This document shows, piece by piece, positions 40,946-51,216 of a stretch of DNA of 64,000 bases; position 1 is the stretch's first letter; every line of letters begins with the position of its first letter. The translations under genes and the position numbers were made by a program. Below the pieces are notes generated by a model that saw nothing but the letters and a program-made list of their open reading frames with translations, was not told the DNA's origin and made no database searches. This DNA comes from Eremomyces bilateralis CBS 781.70 (lineage: Eukaryota). The DNA lies in NCBI GenBank assembly GCA_010015585.1, contig ML975150.1, one strand, 5' to 3'.

Positions 40946-42423
40946 GCTAGAGCTGACCGGAAGGCGGAAGAGATCGTCTTACTAGAGCATCAGTTAATAG
41001 ACAGTAAAACTGCGTCCAGTAAGTGTTTTCTACTATTTCCTAACAAATACGAATGGAGATGAATTAGATGATAGTTAAGAGCTTAAGAGCAGCCATAGAG
41101 ACGTGAGGATTGATCTGGTGGCGCTATTAAACTATAAATAGAGCTACTAACTTGGCAAAGATGATAGCGTACAGAAGCTAGCTTAAATTACATCTCAGCT
41201 GGTAACTTATACAGCACGTAGCGGCTGATACAATACTGCGGTGTACGGATCACTAAGAATCAATGTGTATAGTTTACGCCAAGAGCTCCAAGGTGGCTGT
41301 GCATTCAGAAATTCTGGAGTGCACCAAGGCGGAAGGTGATTTCGCTAGTGACTGTATCAGGATGATGGTCTTATTATCTTGGAATCCCTTCGAAGTTTAG
41401 CAGCGGGAGCCTTCGCCCGATTGCTGCATGAAAATTTTCAGCCTCTCGCTCGTTATATTCCGCCCCTGGCGCGGCGGTGCTTCGCAGCCAGTGATCCCAT
41501 CCGACAAGCCGATTTCCCTCAGGAATGTGCGAATGCCATGCAATTATGGGCCATATCTACTGAATCGACTGGACCAATCACAGTCTCTTCAATGCGTATT
41601 CACCAGGCAACGTTAGTGCGCGGTCGGAGTGCGGGAGGGTTTGAAAATGTCGGTCCTTTGGTCTATGCCTGCCCATCAGAGCTTGTCACTTTGAATGCCT
41701 CCTTGAATTGGGTACCAGATATACCGCGTAGCTTGATGTACATTATTCACACCTCTGCTGTTCTAGGGAATGGAACCCTTATGGTCTTCATCGGGCATGA
41801 AGAGGCCAAAAGAGTCGCCCCACCATCCTTCGAGCAGAAGGAAGCGCTGAGTGTGTCAATGTGATATTTAGGATGCGTAGTAGTTAAAGAAGGAAGGAGA
41901 TGTACAATCTCCCTCTCGAAAAATTTATTGTTTGCCCCTATCGCAATTCACCTCTGATATTGACAAATCTACTTGTTCTAGCTAGCTTTTCTTCCCATAG
42001 CATATGATGTTTTCAAATGAATCGGAACCTGAATATGGCCATGGAACTGATTGGCATGGGCGACGGCGTTCTAACACGATACACTGCAGCAGTGGATTTA
42101 GGAATAAAAGAGGAGAACTGTGCATGGTGTAAGGTAAAGTAATTAATGGACGCTAACAAATGACACGGTCTGGATGCGCAAGGTCTGCGATTACCAAGTT
42201 CCATTAATCTAAACTGAAGAGAGAGAGAGAGAGAAATCTCCCGGCACCTTTTGTGCGCGAGATAGCGACTCTCCTCTCCAATGCCCTAATGCTGTGTTAC
42301 CATGTTTGTTTGCTTCTCTGATATAATCCACCAGCCACCTCTTCAGCCACAACCAAGGGAACAGGCCGGAGGCCTGGGACCATAACAGCTAGATTGATAT
42401 TGTGAAAAGCTTCACCTACAACT

Positions 42424-42542
42424 ACATACGGCCACATCAACCTGAATATAGGGCATCCCGTCCGCTCTGCCGTACTCAAGCAGGTTAGAGATGGAATAGT
42501 ACTACGGTGGGTGACCACGTGGGAACTCCCATTGCTGTATGT
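42424..42542 (+). rRNA. 5S rRNA, copy 1
   Basis: 119 nt. Helix I ACATACGGC/GCTGTATGT, conserved CCCGTCCGCTC and GGGTGACCA motifs, and a T-run terminator. Confidence 0.95.
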
Positions 42543-42610
42543 TTTTGTTTTTGTTTGGTTGAATTTTGCAGATTGCTAGGTTGATATTGTGAAAAGTTTC
42601 AATTACTACT

Positions 42611-42729
42611 ACATACGGCCATATCAACCTGAATATAGGGCATCCCGTCCGCTCTGCCGTACTCAAGCAGGTTAGAGATGGAATAGTACTACGGTGGGTG
42701 ACCACGTGGGAACTCCCATTGCTGTATGT
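42611..42729 (+). rRNA. 5S rRNA, copy 2
   Basis: Same as copy 1 except C>T at nt 12; same terminator. Confidence 0.95.
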
Positions 42730-42932
42730 TTTTGTTTTTGTTTGGTTGAATTTTGTAGATCGTTGGTGGCTGGATAGTGGATAGAAGCAAGGACTTATGA
42801 AGCGTTTTAGCGATGAGGGTGGGGTCCAAACGGGACGAGTTTCGGTTATTTAGTCGATTCTATCTTGTCCACTCTCCGATTTCAAATTTCAATAACTATG
42901 GGTACATAAGTCGTGATTTCGCAAGCCATTCC

Positions 42933-43429
42933 CTATCTCCTCTTCTCCTCCAGGTGGCGCAGTGGCCTGACATGAGATGAGTGAGTGGTTTCATCGCGGC
43001 GTCCTTGGTCCTCGTCGATCATAGCGGCACTGCCTTCCAAGCGATGGGTTTTGGCGCCGTACATGTCGCGGGAATGCTTTCCCTGGTTGCGTCCATGGCC
43101 CGCACCGAAGTAATCCTGATCTGGTTCGAGGAGAGAATGTTAGCCAGCGCCACGAACGCTTCTGCGACCCATATATTAGAGGTCGAGGGTGACCGGTCCA
43201 GAACTTACTCTTTCTAAGAGGAGAGATCTTGGATTCCTCGATGTCGTGATCGGTGCCGACGGATTCCTCCGGCATCTCGAGGCAGTGACCCTCTTTGAGA
43301 GGGGAGCCGAGAGGGTCGATCTTTGACTCGGCGATCTCGGGATCGTAACCTCTTTCGTGTCTGGATCGTTGTTCAGTACCGAAGTCGCATCGTAGATCAT
43401 TTCATGGTAGGGACATACTGTGAAGACAT
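42933..43429 (-). CDS. Small hydrophilic protein (116 aa), 3 exons, unknown function
   Basis: Exons 43429-43419, 43360-43209 and 43120-42933, with GTATGT/GTAAGT donors and CAG acceptors, give an uninterrupted MSSQHERGYDPEIAESKIDPL..EESKISPLRKNQDYFGAGHG..EEKRR*. A TATTTAAAA element lies about 90 bp upstream. Confidence 0.8.
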
Positions 43430-45254
43430 GGCTGTATTTGGATGTAACTGTGTTGTGATTGTTGTCTGGGTGTTGGTTCGTTTGGATCAGTGCCGCCATG
43501 CTGCAGCGAAGACGGCTTTTAAATACGCATCCAGCATCAAAGATCCGACGCGGTAGCAGGTGGCTTCTAGAAGACTTGACGTAGAACATGACGCCGATAT
43601 TCAGGGTCTGCGGGGTTCTGGATGTGGTAATTTCCTATTCGGGATATCTCATGACTTCGAGTCTGGGTCAAGATGCCAGTTGCCCCCGTCGCACCACCCA
43701 TGTGCGATGACATCTGGAGAAAAAGACCCAGTGCCAGACCTCCGATATCCTAAGTATAGAATACCCCGTGTGGGTATTCTGGATTTCTTGGATTGTAGTA
43801 GGGTCCAAGTTGTCCCTTTCTTGCCCCAATTCCTCAGAGTTTATCGCCAAGCATCATCTTGGAACGGGCGGACTTTTGCAGCGTTTGGACTCGACTTCAA
43901 GTCAGGTCAAGATAGGTGCGAAGTGCGCCTGGAATCCTTGATTGACGAACAGCTTCTTCTATTTCCATCCCTTCGATACCAAACACTTTGCAACTGGAAT
44001 GAAACAGAAGACGAGATAATAAACCTTACCGGCAAATGAAATTGAGAGCCCCGGATACCAACCGGAAGTCCTGAAATGCTCACCTTGTGGCGTTGCCAAC
44101 TTCTTGTGTAATTTTTCTGATGATTCTAGAAACCGAGAAGTTACCCACCCGCTTACGCGATATACATTGTAGTTATGTCTACTCCGTAGTTCCAAGTGGA
44201 TTGCATTATAAATTTATAATAGACGAAGAAGCCATGCCTATCCCAGTCTCGGAAAGAGGCTGCGAGAAAAGAGTGAGATCCAATATGCAGCTCATTGTGA
44301 CAATGAGGGATAGCAGCTTTGATCTTTTGTATGAGGGAGATAGAGCCATGACCGAACAGTCTCTTGGATCGCTGTGCATCGGACTGAAAGTACATATCAA
44401 GACCTCCGTCGAAGTGACTCCACCGACGTCGACGTTAAAACCGACGATCAAGCACGTGGCTGAGCTATATCATGTTCCAACTTCCAGCCGACGGTTTCCG
44501 GGAATCCCTGCGATATCCTCCCAAAATGGTCGGGGCAAAAGGAATTTCGCAATTAATATCGCAAATATGAGGTCGGGGTTCAGCAGCGTCAGCACTTAGG
44601 TGTGCAATATCGCAAAATTGACTCGCCAATGCAACGTCGCCGGCCAGCTCAAGATCTCTGGCGAAGGGTAACAGTTGGAGCTTTCCTGCCTGAAAAGTTG
44701 GCGATTTCTTCTGTGAGGTGATAGAGGAGCGAACTTCGAGGAGGATTGGCTGGTACAGCACGGACCGAAGCTCAGCGTTTCAGGATTCGAGCCGTCGCGG
44801 TCCAAATCCTCCCAAGTTGGGATCATCGCACAAGGTTTGACATCTGCACCAGGATCCGGGATGATTGGACCGAAATTAGAATTCGATAATGGGAGCGTGG
44901 CGGAGTTGGAGTGGATGGAACATGGCGTTGGCACGGATTCGAGAGATGATCCTCGATAATACGATCAGGGCCCCAGCTACGTCGAAATTCGAATTACCAA
45001 GTGGATCCAAGAAAGATATTGCAGACTGGGTTCTATGATGATTCATAAGGAATTGTATTTTGAAGGGCGTTTCTAATAATTAGCGAGAGCTGTATCTGTA
45101 GACCGGTTGGCTATGTGTGAGGAGTGAGGAGTAAGGACAGAAGTGAGGGCATTTGGACATGGGTCCGGGAGGGTCCGGAATTCCGGATGGCGGATGAACA
45201 ACAAGTATCTTGGTGAGCATGTGGAGGCTGGAGACGTTGTGGTGGTGAGATAGA

Positions 45255-45283
45255 GCCTGCCTGCCTGCCTGCTTGCCTGCCTG
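45255..45283. repeat. (GCCT)n microsatellite
   Basis: About 7 near-perfect units. Confidence 0.85.
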
Positions 45284-46197
45284 ACCGCCGGGCTGTCTTG
45301 GTCTGCCAGTCTCTGCCTTTGGAAAAACAGAACCCGATGTCAGACCGGCACCAAACTTTGAACTTGCCCAAGGACTCGAGGAGATGTCTGAATGACTGAT
45401 GAGGGCGGCACTGGCCCAAGCGCCCAACCTGTTTGATGTGATCCAATAGGAAATCAAAGGTGCCTGGCAACGGAAATTACGTCCCGTGCATTAGCCCACT
45501 AGCGCGCTAACCCCGGCCCGTCGCCAACCTAGCGATCCAATCACCATTCATTCCCCCATCGTTTCATTTGAAGCCATGAAGCTCTGAAGCTGCAGAGACG
45601 GTTCGCCAGTCGCCTGTTCGGCTTCCTCCTTCATTCCTCAAGGAGACCAGGACCCCATCAGGCTCAGGGCTATCACCAATCGGCCACAGAGGCACAGACA
45701 GGCACAGGCTTCCTGCCCACAGCCGCCGTCCTCCATCACGAAGTCTCACGTCTTTCCTCCTGTCCTTCGGTTCTCTTCCTCCCTCCTTCCTTTGCTTTCG
45801 CCCTTTTCCGCCATTCCGCACCAGGTCGTGAGAATTCATTCCTTCAGAACTGTTATGAGTCCCCCTCACTCTCCCTTTTAACCAATTCTTCCATTTTGCG
45901 ACCAGGCTGTCGCCGCCCTTCTTTTATCGGCCGCGCCTCTGTCTAGCGAAACAGTCTTCAATCGTTTCATCATTATTCTGTCCGTCAGGATTTCCATTCG
46001 TTTCCCATACATAATTCAACCGCTCCTACGGGGTTGCCAACCATAGCAAAATCCCAAGATTTGGCTGGTCAAGATCCAGAACGGCGCTGCACGGCAAGGA
46101 GGCTATATCCGCCAGCCCCGACTGCATTCCTCGAATCCCTTCGACTCTATCTACTTATTGCCGACACCGATAGACTTCCACGTCTTTAATCGCAATC

Positions 46198-48472
46198 ATG
46201 CATATTCCAGACGACACATTTTATGTGCACCACCACCATGCGCGTCACCTGCACGCTGCTGTAGAGCGTGAGGCAGAACCGGAGACGGAGGCGGTGGTGG
46301 TGGTCGAGCGTGAGGCAGAACCGGAGGCGGAGGCGGTGGAGGTGGTCGAGCTTGAAGCAAGGGGTCCGGAACCGCAAAATGGTAATGGCATCATCTCCAA
46401 TTTGCTGGGCGATCTTGGTCTCCTTCCCGAAGGCAATAGCAACAGCAACGGCAACGGGAACGGACAAGGGAGCAATAGTAATGCAAATGGCGATAGAACA
46501 ATCATGAGATAGGAAATGCTAACAGGAATTCAGGCCGAACCCTGGTATCGGTCATCTATGTCACGGCGCCGAAAACCTTCGAAGGACCTGCCGTCTATAT
46601 TACCCAGGGTGATCCTGCACCGAGTTCAACGAAGAACACGAAGGCTACGACAACCAAGAAGGAAAACCCGAAGACCACCTCAACCGAGGATGCGAAGCCC
46701 ACCTCAACCAAGGAGAAGGTTACTTCGAAGTCAACCGAAAGTAGCAGTGTCGCCATGACGACCAGTGCTGCGGTGCTGTCGTCCACTGCACTATCGTCGT
46801 CCCAGAGCACTTCCTCGACTTTCTCGACCGCTCAGCGAAGCATCGCACAGGCCTCTGCGACCTCAACCCCATCCGCTGCACCTGTGTCAGGTGGGATGTC
46901 GGGTGGAGCCAAGGCCGGTCTCGCGATTGGTATCATCGCATTGGTTGCCCTGATCGGCGCGGCAGCCTTCTTCTTCATCCGAAAGAAGAAGAGGGATCAA
47001 GATAATTCGAGCATCAACGAAAAGAGCGGCAATGGGCATAACCCATTCGCCGATCCTCCGGCTACCGCTGCGGCTGCACCGCCCGTAGCTCCGCAACTGA
47101 GTCTTCGCCCCGTCACTCAGTTCCAACCCAACCTTGCCGGTGCCCGTGGCAGCAATGTTCCCCCGATGGACATGGCTCCCGCTCCCCCTGCGAAGACAAC
47201 CGATGCTCAGGGTTTCCTGGCTCCCAATGGCCAACCGGCCGGCGGATTGGAGCGATCTGGCGAGCCAAGCTATGCGAACGGTCCCGGCGACGCTCAAAAT
47301 CCGTTCGGCAGCCACGCTGAGATGACGGATGCGCCGAAGCCCATGAGCGGTGCCAGCTTCAACCTTCCAATCCAAAGTCCAGATGGAACCGCGCTTGCCG
47401 CCGGTGCTGCCGGTGCTATTGCTGTTGGTGCCGTTGGTGCCGCAGCTATTGGTGCCTCTCACCACAACCAAGGATCCTCGAATACTCCTAAGCCGTCCAG
47501 CGTCCGGTCTGTCGATGGCGCTCTCCAGGCCCCTCCGACGCCCGGTACGCCCGGCGCTGACAGCGATTCTTCTTCCGCCGCTGGTGTTCCTGCTGTTGCG
47601 ACTACCGCTGCTGCTATTCCCCTTGGTGCCCTGGCCGCAAATGGACAGAAGCCACGACCGATCGGAACCGTTCACCGCGTGCAATTGGACTTCAAGCCTT
47701 CGATGGAAGATGAGCTCGGGCTCAATGCCGGGCAACTGGTTCGTGTCCTGCACGAGTACGATGATGGTTGGGTAAGTTTTTGATCCTTTGACGTTTGGTT
47801 TTGACTGCTTTCTAACTTTTCCAGGCACTTTGCCTCCTGATGAACGGCTCAAAACAAGGTGTCGTTCCTCGATCCTGCTTGTCTAAGACTCCTGTGAAGC
47901 CTCGTGCTGGTCCCCCGCCGAACGGCCCTCCTCGAGGACCGCCACCGCAGAACATGCGTCCTGGTCCTGGTCCCATTCCCGGTCCCGGTGCATTCCCGCA
48001 TCCCCCATCCGGTCGCAACTCACCAGGTCGCAACTCTCCAGGGCCATTCCCTGGCAGCCCGGGTGTCCCACGCCCGTTGACCCCTGGTAGCGGTCGTAAT
48101 TCCCCAGGACCTGCGCCTTCTCACCGTCCCATGACGCCCCCAGGCGGCCGCCCCCGCGGTCGACCCCAGTCCCCTGGCCTCCAGCACATGAACCAGCACG
48201 GCCCCCGACCCCGCGCGAACAGCAACGCGGCCCCCTTCAACGCCTACCAGCCTCGCTCCATGTCCCCCGGCCCATACGGTGGCGGCCCTGCGCAGCAACG
48301 TCCGCAGATGCAGACAGACAACCGGCGACGCAGCAACTCCACGAGCCAGCTGGCGGGCGCCGCTCCGGCTCCCGGTGGACCCGGCCCGAGCCCGATGAAC
48401 CCGATTAGCATCGCCCCTCCGACTGCCGCGGCCGTGCCGCAGCGGAAGCCGGTGCCTGGCGTGGCGATGTAG
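46198..48472 (+). CDS. Single-pass membrane protein with S/T-rich ectodomain, cytoplasmic SH3 and Pro-rich tail, 3 exons
   Basis: Spliced VSVIYVTAPKTFEG; TM segment AGLAIGIIALVALIGAAAFFFIRKKK; SH3 HRVQLDFKPSMEDEL..LHEYDDGW|ALC..QGVVPRSCLS. Confidence 0.88.
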
Positions 48473-49941
48473 GGACGCTCTAACACGCGACGACGCGTCC
48501 TGCAGTCCGCGGTTCGGGGCGTGTTTTAGACATGACGGTGCCATGGTGGGGTCGACGGCTGGATTTCCCTTGCTTGTGTCGATAATGATGGGCGTTTTTT
48601 GCCGATTGCTTCGTTTCGTTGACTGGGGCGACGTGGGTGCCTTTCAACATTACCTCCGCTTGCTCTCGCGACGCGGGGGTGCACTCCTCGTTCCCGGTCA
48701 TCAACTCTTTGAGTGTGGATATTTCTGTGGTGTATGGAAGCCTTCTGCTTTGGCTAGAACCAGTCCGGCTCCATCGCCGCCTCTTCTTTATCTGTATAAT
48801 GTCTTTTTCAGGTCCCTCGACATTCTTTGCTTCATCCCAATATCCACCCCGCACTGAATGCTCGTCGATTCTTTCACGCCCTCTGCCCGTGCGGCGATGG
48901 CGATTATTCTTTCGACTTCATTCTTACGCCTGTTGAGTTGTGTACGCGGCTCGGAGGTCGATGATGATCTCGTGGGAATTTGGATGCTTGATTTGTATTG
49001 TATGTCACGGAGGCATCGATGATGGAACGGAGGAGACGACGCGTGCGAGCCGTAGGCTGTCGCACGGGAGGTCGGGATGCACCATTTGTGTAGCTACGTC
49101 CCTTATAGATAGGAATGGAGACGCTTTCTAAGGTATCTTTTTGCCGCCACTTGACGGTTTACAGCTGTGATATCGAGTAAAATATGGATTGAATCAACTC
49201 GACGGGGGAGAGTAGGGTGGCCCCCCGAGAAGAAAGCTACTGTACACGTCAGATATTCGGTTGAGTATTCCCAGTCCCGGTCCAGCCGCCTCTCACTTCC
49301 AATGTTCACTCAATCGTTTTTGCGGCTCGATGTGTCATCCCATGCATAATTAATGCCTTTCTAGAAATATCGATATTTCTTCCAATACTCCAAAGATAGC
49401 AAGGACCATGCCGGTGGCGTTCTAGGATCTAAGTCCAATAGGCAATAAAGCAAGTCTTGGTATCTCTGGAGTCTAGGCTCGTCCAGCCTCACCAGTAACC
49501 TCCACGAGGCGTGCATAGCTTGACCATTTTGGACTTCCTCGACGTTTCTATTGACTGACCACCTCCTTTCGGGCGCAGTTGATATTCTCCCATGTATCCT
49601 GCTTTTCTTACAATGCTTTGAAAAGGGTTTGATGATCTTCCTTTCTCATGTCTAATGTTTTTGGCCTTTCATACTCTTGTCATTGTCCGCATCGCCCTGC
49701 TCTCTGTACTGGGACGCGTCAGATCGTCAGATCGTCGCCCGTTCCTTATTTTTGATCTGGAAGAGGGTCGAACGTTGTCAAAAAGTCTATGTGTTTCATC
49801 TGCGCGGTGGAAAGTATTTATACTGTGTTGTTTGATATTGGCCTCAAAGGGCCCTTCATCGAGGTTGGTGTACGGTTAATTTCGACCCCTTCGCCCTACC
49901 ATCTACCGCATATCCTTGGTTTTGTACTCATCTAGTCCACC

Positions 49942-50916
49942 ATGCTATTCTTCGCTTCAGCAACCACCATCCTCGCCTTCCTCACCTCTACCACCCTCGC
50001 CACCAAACGCGGCCTCATCTACATCCCCCCCGCCTCCGGCCCCTCTGACGACCGTATCTGGACCCAACCCCCCAGCCCCCTCACCTGGTACTACAACTAC
50101 CAATCCGAACCCACTCCCTCCCTCCACAGCAACCCCCTTCACTTCGTCCCCATGCTCTGGGGCGCGCCCCCACCCCACCAACCCACCGCCTTCCTCGACG
50201 CTGTCACCGCGCAGCTAGCCCGCGGCGCCAACATCACCCATGTTCTCGGCTTCAACGAGCCGGACGGACCCCCGTCGACAGGCGGGTCGGCGCTCACGGT
50301 GGAAGTGGCCGCGGAGGCGTGGATGGCGAATATGGAGCCGCTGCGGCGGCGGGGGGTGAAGGTCGGGTTGCCGGCGACGACGGGGGCGCCGGGCGGGCGG
50401 GCGTGGTTGGAGAGGTGGTTGGCGGCGTGCGAGGGGAGATGTGGGTATGATTTTCTGACGGCGCATTGGTATGATAATATAGAGGGGCTGGCGAGCCATG
50501 TAGGGGAAAAGCGGCAGGTGTTCGGGGCGGGGATGGCGGTGTGGGTGACGGAATTTGCGTATGCGCATCAGGGGTTGGCAGCGACGCAGGAGGTTTTTAA
50601 TAAAAGTTTGGAGTACCTGGATGGGTCGGAGTGAGTGAGGCGCTTCTACTTGCGGTGGTGGGATTTCGGCGACTGACTTGCGGCGTCTAGTTTCATCGAG
50701 CGTTACGCATATTTCGGCGCCTTCAGGAGCGGTGTCTCCAACGTCGGGCCGAATGGGGCGATGTTGACGGAGAGCGGAAAGCTTACTGACATTGGCTCCT
50801 GGTATCTTGGGGGTTCCGCGACGGGCAATGTGCCGACAAGTTCGGGAGCAAGGGCCAATGTCTTCGCCGGCTGGTCTGTCGTCGTTGTCCTTGTGTCTGC
50901 TTGGGGGCTTCCCTGA
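49942..50916 (+). CDS. Glycoside hydrolase family 128 (Asl1-like beta-1,3-glucanase), secreted and probably GPI-anchored, 2 exons
   Basis: Signal peptide, then KRGL, WYYNY, FVPMLWG, LGFNEPD, HWY, WVTEFA and IERYAYFG. Hydrophobic C-terminus. Confidence 0.92.
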
Positions 50917-51216
50917 TGTGGTCTGTGATCTGATATTGGGATATATTAGTACGACTGGATACCAATTTGAGCGATTTTTCTGGAGGAGTCTCGGACTGGC
51001 TTAAGGTTCTTAGTTGCCTTTGGAGGAGTGCGAATTAGAGGTATATGGGACGGACGCCACAGGTCTGCTTGGCTGGGCACCTATGATCCTGCAGTCGGTT
51101 TTGTAGCCGAATTCATACTCGCATAATCATAATCTAATCCATGACTCATGACGCTGATCCAAAGGTGTATCCGAAAACCCAAAATGGACTCAAAAGCATC
51201 CGAAAAGTCTACTTGA

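Larger units (their letters stand above)
42388..42760 (+). repeat. 187-bp tandem duplication containing the 5S gene
   Basis: Units start at 42388 (GCTAGATTGATATTGTGAAAAG) and 42575 (GCTAGGTTGATATTGTGAAAAG). Confidence 0.95.

Noticed and set aside
41379..41864. 161-aa ORF near the island's right edge
   Set aside because: Non-ATG start and no motif or family resemblance.
42219..42234. (GA)8 tract as a partner boundary to the (GA)9 at 24924
   Set aside because: The flanks share no similarity; a simple microsatellite.
24469..42387. Starship captain (DUF3435 tyrosine recombinase) or the 3' half of the broken 5S
   Set aside because: Neither was recognised on either strand. The N-gaps, at their stated sizes, are too small for a full captain gene.
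42622..42757. RIP between the two 5S copies
   Set aside because: Only two CpA/TpA differences, the repeat is shorter than usual RIP substrates, and T at nt 12 may be the ancestral state.
43560..44934. Several 100-170 aa ORFs on both strands
   Set aside because: No coherent protein or domain could be assembled.
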